A stretch of DNA of 64,000 nucleotides from Rhodothermales bacterium (GCA_028284265.1 JANQRZ010000006.1:207610-271609); one strand, 5' to 3'. Positions 17,531-27,183 are shown, counted from the first letter of the stretch. Made by a program: numbers and translations. The notes: generated by a model from the sequence alone, not told the origin.

Positions 17531-19351
17531 TTAGCGGGTATCGGCGCGGTAGACGGTAATGCCCCAGTAGAGCGGGTCATCAGGCGGCGAGGCGTTCCAG
17601 TCGCCGAAGGCGTGCGAGCCGTCGGTGCGGTAGCGGAGTTCGTAGTCGCCCGCAGGGAGGGTGAGGGTAACGTTCGCCATGCGGTTCTTCTTCGCGCCGC
17701 CCGCCCGCTCCGTCGTCCGGTAGGTCATCTCCCAGACAGCCCGCCCGGTCTCGGCATCCTCGATCCAGCCGTAGTCGTACATGTGGTCACCGCTGCCTTC
17801 GCCGAGGGCGTAGATGCGGACCTCGGTAGGCCGGTCGAGGGTAAAGCGCTGTCGCCCGCGGTCGCTGTCGCGGACGCGCGTGATCTGGGCGATGACATTC
17901 GCCTCGGTGCGATCCCTCTCGGCGAATGTTTGAATGCGATCCGCGCCCTCTGCGGTGAGGAGCGAGAGACCCCAGTACTCGCCCCCGACGGGTGGGGAGG
18001 CGTTCCAGTCGCGGTACGCATGGGAGTCGTCGGTGACGTAGTAGGCGATATAGTCGCCCGCGTCGAGGGTCACGATGCCGTCGAAGACGCGGTTTTTCTG
18101 GGCACCGCCCGCGTGCTCGGTCCGACCGTCGCGCATGTCCCAGACGCGCTCGCGGGTGTCGGCGTCCACAATCCAGCCATAGTCGTGGAAATCAGTGGCG
18201 TGGTCCGTGGCTTCGCCGAGGGCATAGACCCGCACATTGGTTCGGCGGTCGAGGGTGAAGCCACGGGCCTCGAAGTCATCGTCGCGGGCACGGGTGAGCG
18301 AGAGGAAGGTCTCCGCCGGCGGGACGTGCTCGTAGTCGAACAACTCAACGTTCGCCCGGTCGCTGGTGCGAAGCGTCAGGCCCCAGAAGACCGGATCGAA
18401 GGCGGGCACGGCGTTCCACTCGTTGGATGCGTGCGAGTCGTCGGTGACGACGAACGCGGCGTAGCGACCGGCAGGAAGCGAGAGGGTCTCGCGGACGACA
18501 CGGTTCTTGTCCGAGCCCCCCGCCCACTCGGACGAGTAACCGTCGAAGGTCCAGACGGTCTCGCGGGTGTCGGCGTTGAGAATCCAGCCGTAGTCGTAGG
18601 CTTCATCGCGCCTCGCCTCGCCGATGGCATAGAGGTCGATCTCGGTCGGTCGGTTGAGGACGAAGCCCTGCTGCTCGTAGGTTTCGTCCTCCAGCCCGAC
18701 GAGGGTCACAAAGGCGTTCGCAGTGAAGGCATCGTAGGCCTCTTGAAGGGCATCGCGGTCGCCGGTGCGTCCGTCGCCGCGCACGACGAGGCGGAAGTCG
18801 CGGAAGGCTTCGTTCTCGACGAACTCGCCCCCGTAGCCCTGGCGCTGCCACGTCCCTCGGTCGCCGTCGAAGAAGCTCGAAATCGTGTGGCTGATGGTTC
18901 CGATGAGACCTCGGTGGTCGTCATCGTCATCATCACTCCAGTAATACGACATGCCGGGGTAGGAGGCGTAGTAGGCCTCGTAGGTGCCCGCCGGAAGCTG
19001 AACGGTGCCCTCGAAGGTGTGGACGCCGCGCCGCTCGTCGGTGTCCGCCTCGCGGAGCGTCCAGACCACCTCGCGGGTGCGGGCGTCGAGGATCCACGCT
19101 TCGCCGGGCCAGTAGTCGGGGCGCTCCCAGCGCTTGTCCCAGTCCCAGCCGTCCCATCGGTCCCGGCCCCGGTCCTTCGCCCCGAGGGCTTCGACACGGA
19201 CGGTCTGTGGTGAGGCGAGCGTGAACGACGCCATCGCAAGCTCGCGGGGCGAGAAGTCGCGGAGGTCGACGAGGGTTCGGCTCTGGGCCGAGGCAGGACT
19301 GCTCAGGCCGATGAGGGCGAGCAGCAGGATAGAAGCGAGGAGGCGAATCAT
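17531..19351 (-). CDS. secreted protein with four tandem copies of an uncharacterised ~120-aa module
   Basis: Signal peptide MIRLLASILLLALIGLSSPASAQ. Repeats lie at roughly aa 40-145 (degenerate), 213-330, 348-468 and 486-603. They share F.L.R.T.V.(I/V)YA(L/I)GE...(Y/H)DYGWI.DA.T(R/G)..VW.M....AGG..KNR....L.AG.Y...Y.TD.SHA...WN..P....WG. Confidence 0.8.
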   Translation of the reverse strand: MIRLLASILLLALIGLSSPASAQSRTLVDLRDFSPRELAMASFTLASPQTVRVEALGAKDRGRDRWDGWDWDKRWERPDYWPGEAWILDARTREVVWTLREADTDERRGVHTFEGTVQLPAGTYEAYYASYPGMSYYWSDDDDDDHRGLIGTISHTISSFFDGDRGTWQRQGYGGEFVENEAFRDFRLVVRGDGRTGDRDALQEAYDAFTANAFVTLVGLEDETYEQQGFVLNRPTEIDLYAIGEARRDEAYDYGWILNADTRETVWTFDGYSSEWAGGSDKNRVVRETLSLPAGRYAAFVVTDDSHASNEWNAVPAFDPVFWGLTLRTSDRANVELFDYEHVPPAETFLSLTRARDDDFEARGFTLDRRTNVRVYALGEATDHATDFHDYGWIVDADTRERVWDMRDGRTEHAGGAQKNRVFDGIVTLDAGDYIAYYVTDDSHAYRDWNASPPVGGEYWGLSLLTAEGADRIQTFAERDRTEANVIAQITRVRDSDRGRQRFTLDRPTEVRIYALGEGSGDHMYDYGWIEDAETGRAVWEMTYRTTERAGGAKKNRMANVTLTLPAGDYELRYRTDGSHAFGDWNASPPDDPLYWGITVYRADTR

Positions 19352-19357
19352 GGCGGT

Positions 19358-20800
19358 TTAGTTGTCTTCTGCTAGGGTGCCCATGATGGCCGGGCCGATC
19401 TCTTCGGCGATGGGCGGGTCGAAGTTGGCGAGTACGAGCACCGTGTAGCCCGACTCGAAATCTGATTCCCATGTCGAGTTGAGGCCCGGTGCGCCTCCGG
19501 CCCGACCGAAGGCAGCATCGGGTTGCCTTTCGGGATCGTAGTCGGCTAGGAAGAGGCGTGTCATCGCCGGGCTAAGAAGTCGGTGGTCAAGGAGCGCTCG
19601 CTCGAAGCGGAGTAGGTCTTCGGCGGTGGCATAGCCGCCGCCTGCGGGTGTGCCGCGAGGGCCGAGACCATCCGGCAGTGGCTCGGCATAGCCGGGTTCG
19701 CTTCGCTGGGTGTAAGGCACCGCGAGGTTCGGCGCATCGCGCCAGTACGAGTCCGTGTTCTCCATGCCAGCAGGTGTATAGACATGCTCCCGCACGAAGT
19801 CGTAGTACGACTCGCCGGATACGCTTTCGACGATCCCACCGAGCACCTCGTAGCCGACGTTGCTGTACTGCCACTGCGTGCCCGGCTCGAAGTCCAGTGG
19901 GATGTCACGTAGGAACGCGAGGTAGTCGTTGATCTCACGAAGCTCCGTTCGCTGCGCGAGGTAGACGGGATGGTCCCAGTAGTGTCCCCAGCCGGAGCGG
20001 TGCTGGAGCAGGTGCCGCGTCGTTACTCGGTCTGCGACCTCATCGGGGAAGCCGTCGAGGTAGGTGCCGATGGGCGCATCGAGATCGAGCTTACCCATCT
20101 CGGCGAGCTTGAGGGTGGCAACGCCGGTGATGAGCTTGTTGAGCGAGCCAATGTTGAAGCGCGTGTCGAGGGTGTTGCGCTGCCCCTCGGCTTTGTTCGC
20201 CCAGCCGTAGGCCTCGCTAAAGATCACCTCCCCGTGCCGCGCTACAAGCACGACGCCGGAGAAAGCCTCATCGGTCTCGGCCTGTTCTAGGTAGGCGTTC
20301 ACCTCGTCGAGGCTACTGAACTGAATGCCCTCGTTCTCCCCGGCAGCTTCTACTTGGAATCCACGGATCGGGTGAGGCGGAGCCTCATCAACCATGAGTG
20401 TCACTTGGAAGGCCGGACCGCCTGCGGGGTTACGAACGACAAAAGACCCTTCGTATGGACTGCGCAGCTCCACGTCCATGATCTCGGCATCGCCCAAATC
20501 GTTGTGGAGCATTCTCAACATCCTGACGATCTGGTCCTCCGATACCCGAGTCTTCAGGTCGGAACTGATGGCTGTCGCGGCGAAGGCACGGTGCGTTTCT
20601 GGGTCGGGGCTACAGACCGTAGCGAAAAAGGCATTGGCCTGCGCCCCGATGGCATCAGGCGGGAGCTGGCGCATCCGGTCGCAGTCATCGCGGAGTGCTG
20701 CGAGCGACTGGTCATCAGTGTAGACCGTGAAAGACAGGCTGCCGAGGGTGACAAGCAGCACGAAGAGGTAAGGCATGGTGCGAGGAGATGGCGGGAGCAT
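19358..20800 (-). CDS. beta-lactamase-fold serine hydrolase (class C/DD-peptidase-like) with an extra N-terminal domain
   Basis: SxxK motif (FNIGSLNKLITG) and YxN motif (QYSNVGYEVLG). The start is trimmed to the Met at 20800 (alternative 20776) because the ORF-track extension to 20944 runs through the promoter/UAS module. Confidence 0.8.
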   Translation of the reverse strand: MLPPSPRTMPYLFVLLVTLGSLSFTVYTDDQSLAALRDDCDRMRQLPPDAIGAQANAFFATVCSPDPETHRAFAATAISSDLKTRVSEDQIVRMLRMLHNDLGDAEIMDVELRSPYEGSFVVRNPAGGPAFQVTLMVDEAPPHPIRGFQVEAAGENEGIQFSSLDEVNAYLEQAETDEAFSGVVLVARHGEVIFSEAYGWANKAEGQRNTLDTRFNIGSLNKLITGVATLKLAEMGKLDLDAPIGTYLDGFPDEVADRVTTRHLLQHRSGWGHYWDHPVYLAQRTELREINDYLAFLRDIPLDFEPGTQWQYSNVGYEVLGGIVESVSGESYYDFVREHVYTPAGMENTDSYWRDAPNLAVPYTQRSEPGYAEPLPDGLGPRGTPAGGGYATAEDLLRFERALLDHRLLSPAMTRLFLADYDPERQPDAAFGRAGGAPGLNSTWESDFESGYTVLVLANFDPPIAEEIGPAIMGTLAEDN

Positions 20801-20822
20801 AGGGGTATCTCCCGTTCCTCCG

Positions 20823-20838
20823 CGCAAGCCATATGCCG
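20823..20838 (-). promoter_or_regulatory. sigma54-type -24/-12 promoter (copy 5)
   Basis: Minus strand reads CGGCATATGGCTTGCG, with the GG-N10-GC spacing of TGGCAC-N5-TTGC. Lies 23 nt upstream of the ATG at 20800. Confidence 0.65.
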
Positions 20839-20891
20839 CCGCTGCCGTGCGCTCAAAACGGTGCGTCCGGGCACATTGAGCTATCGCCAAG

Positions 20892-20928
20892 TGTGCGTTT
20901 GCGCCCACCCGATGTGCGCAGGCGCGCA
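20892..20928 (-). promoter_or_regulatory. tandem palindromic upstream sites (putative enhancer/UAS, copy 5)
   Basis: Site A is tgtgcgtttgcgccca (20892..20907) and site B is tgtgcgcaggcgcgca (20913..20928). Their centres are 21 bp apart. The site A centre is 63 bp from the -24 GG. Confidence 0.55.
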
Positions 20929-20948
20929 GCCGACTTCGCCTCAAACCG

Positions 20949-21851
20949 TCAGGGCAGGTTCACCAAGCGGTCCAGATCGATCTGGTAGATGTCTGAGTTG
21001 TTGCCCGCGAGGTGGGCATAGAAGAGGTACCGACCATCGGGGGAGAACGCAGGCGTCCACTCGTAGTCTGCCGTGTTGATTGTGTCTCCCAGATTGGCGA
21101 CGGATGACCACGCCCCGTCCTCATTGTAGACCACGAACAGGTCGCCTCGTCCCTGCCCCCCTTCGCGCTCCGAGTAGAAGATGATGAAGCGCTCCTCCGG
21201 GTCCACGATGGCCTCGCCATCGGTGGCCTCACTGTTGAAGGGCACTATCACTGGTTCGGCATAGTGTCCCTCCACCAACGCCGCCCGGTGGATATCGACG
21301 CCGCCCGGTCCCCCGGCTCGGTTGGAGTGGAAGTAGAGGTCGCCCTTCGCCGTCGTGTGGGGATGGCTGTCGATGCCGTCGCCGTTGAGGGGTGCGGGTA
21401 GGTGCTGGGGCGTGCCCCAGCCGTCGTCCGTTCGCTCGACAAACCAGAGGTCGTTGTGCGAGCGTTCGCCTGTGTCATCGACAGGCCGCTTCGAGGCGAA
21501 GTAGAGCCGGTCGCCGTCGAACGACGGATACTCGTCGCTGTACTGACCGGAGAACGGAAGCACCGTCGGTTCTTGCCACGCGCCCTCTGCGAAGTGGGAG
21601 ACGTAGAGGGCAGGTGTGTCTCGCCACGATGCGCGCCGGGTGAAATAGAACGTCCGTCCGTCCGGCGAGAACGTCGGGCCGTACTCGATGGCGTCTGTGC
21701 TGATGACGCCGGGTGCGAAGAGCAGCGGCTCCTCCAACGTTTCGGCGGTCTGGTACGGATGAGGCTGTGCTACGGCGTTGCAGCACACCAAAAACGCGAC
21801 GAGCGTGGCAATCCCAAGAGGCTGCGAAATCGCACGGTGGAAGGCGGGCAT
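20949..21851 (-). CDS. TolB-like/PD40 beta-propeller repeat secreted protein
   Basis: Signal peptide plus repeated F(S/T)PDG(R)..(Y)F motifs (TFSPDGRTFYF, PSFDGDRLYFAS, AFSPDGRYLFYA). Confidence 0.7.
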   Translation of the reverse strand: MPAFHRAISQPLGIATLVAFLVCCNAVAQPHPYQTAETLEEPLLFAPGVISTDAIEYGPTFSPDGRTFYFTRRASWRDTPALYVSHFAEGAWQEPTVLPFSGQYSDEYPSFDGDRLYFASKRPVDDTGERSHNDLWFVERTDDGWGTPQHLPAPLNGDGIDSHPHTTAKGDLYFHSNRAGGPGGVDIHRAALVEGHYAEPVIVPFNSEATDGEAIVDPEERFIIFYSEREGGQGRGDLFVVYNEDGAWSSVANLGDTINTADYEWTPAFSPDGRYLFYAHLAGNNSDIYQIDLDRLVNLP

Positions 21852-21880
21852 AGGGATAGATGTTTGAAAGCAAAGATGGG

Positions 21881-22354
21881 CTAGTCGTCCAGCGTCTCGG
21901 AGAGCTGGATGGTGTTTCCGTCAGGATCACGGATTTGGATCAGGCGCAGGTCGTGGGCCGGGAAGTCGATGGCTCTGGGCCGCTCCCCGGTGGCGGCCTC
22001 TACACGGTCGGCGATGACGTCCACATCGGGCACCCAGAACCCGACCTTGTAGAAGCCGAGATCCCGGTCTACGTTCGGGGCCTCAGCACGCCAGATCAAC
22101 TCGACGAACAGGTGCTCGCTCGTCAGGTTGATGATGCGCGCTGTGCTGTCGTCGGCGGTCCAGCGGTCGTGCTCCGCCAAGCCGAACGCCTGGCTGTACC
22201 AGTCAGCCGACTTGTCTATGTTCTCCACGAGCACAGCGAAGAACTGACGTGCACTGATCTCGGACACCCACGGCTCGGCCTGCTGCGCACTCGCTGCCGT
22301 GCTAGCGAACAGCACCAGTAGCAAGCAGTGGAGTACTCGGAGTGATGTAGCCAT
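21881..22354 (-). CDS. VOC/glyoxalase-family protein with signal peptide
   Basis: 157 aa, N-terminal MATSLRVLHCLLLVLFASTAASAQ. Glyoxalase-like beta-alpha-beta pattern, with C-terminal IQIRDPDGNTIQL typical of VOC proteins. Confidence 0.6.
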   Translation of the reverse strand: MATSLRVLHCLLLVLFASTAASAQQAEPWVSEISARQFFAVLVENIDKSADWYSQAFGLAEHDRWTADDSTARIINLTSEHLFVELIWRAEAPNVDRDLGFYKVGFWVPDVDVIADRVEAATGERPRAIDFPAHDLRLIQIRDPDGNTIQLSETLDD

Positions 22355-22359
22355 GCCGG

Positions 22360-24732
22360 TTATTCGTAGCGAAGGGCCTTGACGGGGTCGACCGTCGCGG
22401 CCCGGAAGGCGTGGTAGCTCACCGTCAGCAGCGCGATGGCAAGGACCGTGAGTCCGGCGAGGGCAAACACGCCGGGGCCGAGCGCTGTCCGGTAGGCGAA
22501 CCCGTCAAGCCATCGCTCCGCTGCCATCCACGCCAGCGGACAGGCCACTGCGAACGCGATGAGAACGGGCTTGGCGAAGTCCTTGCTCAGGAGCACCACC
22601 ACGCTCGCCGCCGACGCGCCGAGCACTTTCCGCACGCCGACCTCTTTCGTCCGTTGAACGGCTAGGAACGAGGCCAGCCCGAACAGACCGAGGCAGGCGA
22701 TAAGGAGCGCCACCAGCGCGCCGATACCGACGATCTTGCCCCACCGCTCCTCCGCCTGATAGAGTCGGTCGAGATCGCTGTCGAGGAAGGAGTAGGTGAA
22801 AGGCTGGGCCGTCGAGAGGGTGCGCCACGTTGTCTCCAGCTTGGCGAGTGTTGCTGGAAGATCGTCCGTGCGGAGGCGGAGCGCGATGCCCTGCGAGTCG
22901 TTGAAGTTGGGGAAGAGGAGATAGGGGGCAATCGGCTCGCGCAGCGACGTGTAGTGGAAGTCCTTGACCACGCCGACGATCTCGCGCTCCTGCCCCCAGA
23001 TGGTGGCCTGCTTGCCGATGGCCTCCTCGGGCGAGGTCCAGCCGATCTCGCGTACCGCCGTCTCATTGAGCAGCACGGCCCGGTCGGCGCTCGCGTCCCG
23101 GCTTTGCGAGAAGTTGCGACCGGCGGCGAGTTCCATCCCCATCGTGCCGACGTAGGCGTCGTCCACCCAGCCCATGAACATGCGAAATGGGTCGCCCGTC
23201 ATGCCTTCGGGCCGGAAGTCCGTCGTGGCGGGCATCTGGGTGCCGGGGAGCGAGGTCGTCGCGGTGACGCTCGTGACTTCGGGCAGTGCGGCGAAGGTGG
23301 CCTTGACCGTGCCCGGCTGCTGCGCCACGGTCGAGTCGCGCACGGGGACGATCACGACCTGTTCCTCATCGAAGCCGAGTTTCTCACTCTGGATGAAGTC
23401 AAGCTGTTGATAGACCACGCCCGCCCCGACGACGAGGACGACCGCCGCGATGTACTGCGCTACCACGAGGGCCTGCCGCAGCGGCGAGCGCGTCCCCGTG
23501 CTCGCGCCCTTCAACGCCATACGCGGAGCCGAGGCCGAGAGTACGAGTGCCGGATAGCCACCCGCCGCGAGGCCGGTCAGGAGCGCGATGCCGAGCGCCA
23601 CACCGAGCACGAGGCCGCTGCCGTAGTCGAGGGCAAGCTCGCCGCCGAGGAGGGTGCCAAAGGCGGGCAGCAACAATTCGATCAAACCCAGCGCTACGAC
23701 GAGGGCGAGGCCCGCCATTACGAGCGATTCCGTGAGCACCTGCACCGCAAGTTGATTGCGCTGGGCACCGACCGCCTTGCGGACGCCGATCTCCTTCGCC
23801 CGTCGGGCAAATTGAGCGGTGGTGAGGTTCGTGTAGTTGATGCACGCCAACAGCAGGATGATCGCGGCGAGGGCGGCGAGGAGCCAGACGTACCGGATGT
23901 CGCTGTTGGCCTCTAGCTCGCCCCGGTAGTCGGAATAGAGGTGGATGTCGGTGAGCGGCTGGAGCCGGTAGACGGTTACGCTCTCCTCGCCGAGTGTTCG
24001 GTCCACGAAGTCGGGAAGCTTGGCGTCAAGCGCCGCCGGATCCACGCTTTCCGCGAGCGTGAGGTAGGTTGGAAAAGCACCGAGGCCCCAGTTGTCGAGC
24101 ACGTTGTCCCAGCCCATCACGTCGTCCAGTGCCTCGACCGAGCCGAGCATCGAGAAGCTGAAGTGCGAGGTGCGCGGCGGGTCGGCGAGGACGGCGGTCA
24201 CGGTCATCGCGTGCTCGGCGTTCAGCATGAGCGTCTGGCCGAGCGGGTCATCTTCGCCGAAGTAGGTCTGCGCCGCCGACTCGGTCAGGACGAGCGAGAA
24301 CGGCGCGGCGAGCGCCTCCTCCGGCGTCCCGCGCAAGAACTCGAAGCCGAAGACTTGGAAGAACTGCGCGTCGGTGAAGAGCAAGTCCTCCTCATAGAAC
24401 CCCGTGTCGTCCCGACTCACGAGGGGCGTGAACCAGTAGCGGAACAGCCGCGTCGCGTGCTCGATCTCGGGATAGTCGGCCAGCAGCGCAGGAGCAAGCG
24501 GGGCCTCCGGCGTCACGTCCTCAGCCAGCGCGTTGTCCTGCTGCACGATCCGGTAGGTCCGTTCGGCGTTCGGGTGGAAGCGGTCGTAGCTCACCTCGTC
24601 GCGGAGGAACAGCAGCAGCAGCAGGCAGCACGCGATGCCGAGTCCGAGTCCGTAGATGTTGATGAACCCGTAGAGCTTCTGCTTACGCAGCGTGCGGAGG
24701 GTGGCCTTGAGGTAATTGGTCCACATAAACAC
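22360..24732 (-). CDS. duplicated FtsX/MacB-type ABC permease (paralogue 2)
   Basis: 790 aa with the same architecture (INYTNLTTAQFARRAKEIGVRKAVGA; GLFGLASFLAVQRTKEVGVRKVLGAS; C-terminus VDPVKALRYE). Lies 6 nt downstream of paralogue 3. Confidence 0.9.
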   Translation of the reverse strand: MFMWTNYLKATLRTLRKQKLYGFINIYGLGLGIACCLLLLLFLRDEVSYDRFHPNAERTYRIVQQDNALAEDVTPEAPLAPALLADYPEIEHATRLFRYWFTPLVSRDDTGFYEEDLLFTDAQFFQVFGFEFLRGTPEEALAAPFSLVLTESAAQTYFGEDDPLGQTLMLNAEHAMTVTAVLADPPRTSHFSFSMLGSVEALDDVMGWDNVLDNWGLGAFPTYLTLAESVDPAALDAKLPDFVDRTLGEESVTVYRLQPLTDIHLYSDYRGELEANSDIRYVWLLAALAAIILLLACINYTNLTTAQFARRAKEIGVRKAVGAQRNQLAVQVLTESLVMAGLALVVALGLIELLLPAFGTLLGGELALDYGSGLVLGVALGIALLTGLAAGGYPALVLSASAPRMALKGASTGTRSPLRQALVVAQYIAAVVLVVGAGVVYQQLDFIQSEKLGFDEEQVVIVPVRDSTVAQQPGTVKATFAALPEVTSVTATTSLPGTQMPATTDFRPEGMTGDPFRMFMGWVDDAYVGTMGMELAAGRNFSQSRDASADRAVLLNETAVREIGWTSPEEAIGKQATIWGQEREIVGVVKDFHYTSLREPIAPYLLFPNFNDSQGIALRLRTDDLPATLAKLETTWRTLSTAQPFTYSFLDSDLDRLYQAEERWGKIVGIGALVALLIACLGLFGLASFLAVQRTKEVGVRKVLGASAASVVVLLSKDFAKPVLIAFAVACPLAWMAAERWLDGFAYRTALGPGVFALAGLTVLAIALLTVSYHAFRAATVDPVKALRYE

Positions 24733-24738
24733 TTAGGG

Positions 24739-27174
24739 TTATTCGTGGTGTAAAGCCTTGATCGGGTCGGCGGTCGCAGCGCGGAGGGCCTGCGTGCTGA
24801 CCGTCACAAGCGCGATCACGAGAAGCAGAATGCCTGCGAGGAGGAAGGGCGTCGGACCCAGGGCGATCTGATAGGCGAACCCGTCGAGCCACGGGCGCAG
24901 CACCAGAATCGAGACCGGAACCGCCAGCGCGATGGCGACGATGACCAGCTTGATGAAGTCCCGCGAGAGCAGCAGAACGATCCCCGACACGGTGGCTCCG
25001 AGCACCTTGCGGACGCCGATTTCCTTGGTGCGCTGCGCCGCCATGTGGGCCGTCAGCCCGAAGAGGCCGAAGCAGGCGAGCAGCACCGCCAGCCCGGCAA
25101 AGAGCGTAATCAGACGACCCGTCCGCCGCTCGGCCTCGTAGAGTTGGGCAAAGGTGTCGTCGAGGAAGGTGTAGAGGAACGGGTGCTGCGGGGCGAACCG
25201 GGACCACGTAGCCTCGACCGCGGCGAGTGTGCCGGGTAGGTCCGCCTGGTCCACCCGCGCGATGGCGAGTAGGTTGGGCCGGTTGGTATTGCGTGGATCC
25301 GGGCCGAGGAGCGCCATCGGGCCGATCTCCCGGTGCAGCGAGGCGACGTGGAAGTCCCGGACCACGCCGACGACCGTGTAGACCGACTCGCCGGGCCATT
25401 CGATCTGGGCACCGATGGGATCGGTGAGCCCGAATTGCTGCACCGCCATTTCGTTCAGGAGGACGGCGAGCGAGTCGGAGGGGACGCTGCGGGATAGGCT
25501 TCGGCCTGCCACCACCTCCAGCCCCAGCGTCTCGACAAAGTCGAAGCTCGCGTAGGTGTACTCGATAGGCAGGCCTGTGTCGTCCGGCGCTCCGGCGATG
25601 CGCATGACCGCCCCGTCCACATGGCGACCGGGGACCTGCGCCGCGTTCGTGACACTCACCACACCCGGCAGTGCTCGGAGTGCGGTGCGGAACGCCTCGC
25701 CCTGCGGCCCCATCACCTCCGCGCCTTCGAGTACGACCACCTGCTCGGCCTCAAAGCCTAGCTGCTTCTCCAGCATGAATTGCGTCTGGCCGTACACGAC
25801 GACCGTACACACGATCAGCGCCATCGCAATCCCGAACTGGAACACCACGAGGCCGTCCCGAAGCCACGACCGCCGCCCCTTCGCTCGGTGGCTCTTGAGC
25901 ACCGCCATCGGGCGGAAGGCTGAAAGATAGAAGGCGGGATACGCCCCGGCTCCGATCCCGACGAGCACGCCCAGCCCGAGCAGTAGCGGAGCATAGCCTG
26001 TGATATCGCCCGGTGCAAAGCGCAGCGCGGCTCCGGTCGCCGTGCTCAACAGCGGCCCCACGATCTGGACGATGCCCACCGCCAGCGCGAGCGCGCCGAG
26101 GCTCATCAGCATCGACTCCGTCAGAAACTGGGCGACGAGTTGGGAGCGCCGCGAGCCGAGTGTCTTGCGGACGCCCACCTCCTGCGCCCGCCGGGCGGCC
26201 CGTGCGGTCGCTAGGTTGATGAAGTTGACGCACGCCAGCAGCAGCACAAGCACGGCGATGGCCGCGAACAGATAGACCACCCGCACATCGCCCGTCGGGG
26301 TTGGCTCGTCTTCGAGGGTCGAGCGCAGGTGGATGTCGGTGATCGGCTGGACGAAATAGCGATAACCGTTGCCCGCCTCTTCGAACGCCTCCAGCGTGGT
26401 CCCGAACGACTCGGAAATCTGAGGGCCACCGTAGGTGGCAAAGAGGACCGGGAGCTTGGCTTCGAGCGCCGCCGGATCGGTGCCGGGGCGCACGCGGACA
26501 TACGTGTAGACCCCGAACCCGAGCCAGCTCTCGGAGCGACTCTGGCGCTGGGTCGTGTACGACGCGAGCAGGTCAAAGTCGAGGTGCGTGTGCGTCGGGA
26601 GGTTCGCCATCACGCCCGTCACCGTGTACTCGAACACGTCGCGGTCGGACGGCTCGCGCACGGCGAGTGTCTGCCCGATGGGGTTGGTCTCGCCGAAGTA
26701 GCGCCGGACCGTGGACTCGGTCAGCACGACCGTGAACGGAGCACGGAGCGCCGTTTGCGGATCGCCCTGAAGCAGGGGCATCCCGAACACCTCGAAGAAC
26801 GTCGAGTCGGCGAAGAAGAAGCGATCTTCCGGGAAGGCTTGGTCGCCGGAGCGCACCGTCATCTGGCCCGACGGGTCGTACCAGAGCCGCGTCGCGTGCT
26901 CGACTTCGGGAAAGTCGGTCGCTAGGGTCGGGCCGAGGGGCCGGGCACTGTAGGCCGTCTGCATCTCTAGCTCCTGCATACGGAAGTCCAGTACCACGCG
27001 GTAGATGTTCTCCGCCCCATCGTAGGATTGGTCGTAGCTCAGCTCGCCGCGCACGTAGAGCGCGATGGCGACGCAGCACGCCATCCCGATAGCTAGGCCG
27101 AAGAGGTTGAGGAAGGTGTAGCCCCTGTGCTTCCGCAGGCTGCGAAGCGTGATGGTGAGATAGTTCTTCAGCAT
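24739..27174 (-). CDS. duplicated FtsX/MacB-type ABC permease (paralogue 3)
   Basis: 811 aa. N-terminus MLKNYLTITLRSLRKHRGYTFLNLFGLAIGMACC, two FtsX modules, C-terminus ADPIKALHHE. Confidence 0.9.
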   Translation of the reverse strand: MLKNYLTITLRSLRKHRGYTFLNLFGLAIGMACCVAIALYVRGELSYDQSYDGAENIYRVVLDFRMQELEMQTAYSARPLGPTLATDFPEVEHATRLWYDPSGQMTVRSGDQAFPEDRFFFADSTFFEVFGMPLLQGDPQTALRAPFTVVLTESTVRRYFGETNPIGQTLAVREPSDRDVFEYTVTGVMANLPTHTHLDFDLLASYTTQRQSRSESWLGFGVYTYVRVRPGTDPAALEAKLPVLFATYGGPQISESFGTTLEAFEEAGNGYRYFVQPITDIHLRSTLEDEPTPTGDVRVVYLFAAIAVLVLLLACVNFINLATARAARRAQEVGVRKTLGSRRSQLVAQFLTESMLMSLGALALAVGIVQIVGPLLSTATGAALRFAPGDITGYAPLLLGLGVLVGIGAGAYPAFYLSAFRPMAVLKSHRAKGRRSWLRDGLVVFQFGIAMALIVCTVVVYGQTQFMLEKQLGFEAEQVVVLEGAEVMGPQGEAFRTALRALPGVVSVTNAAQVPGRHVDGAVMRIAGAPDDTGLPIEYTYASFDFVETLGLEVVAGRSLSRSVPSDSLAVLLNEMAVQQFGLTDPIGAQIEWPGESVYTVVGVVRDFHVASLHREIGPMALLGPDPRNTNRPNLLAIARVDQADLPGTLAAVEATWSRFAPQHPFLYTFLDDTFAQLYEAERRTGRLITLFAGLAVLLACFGLFGLTAHMAAQRTKEIGVRKVLGATVSGIVLLLSRDFIKLVIVAIALAVPVSILVLRPWLDGFAYQIALGPTPFLLAGILLLVIALVTVSTQALRAATADPIKALHHE

Positions 27175-27183
27175 GGCAGGATG

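Noticed and set aside
17612-19213. 533-aa plus-strand ORF
   Set aside because: It is antisense to the four-repeat secreted protein gene, whose internal repeats and signal peptide identify the true frame.
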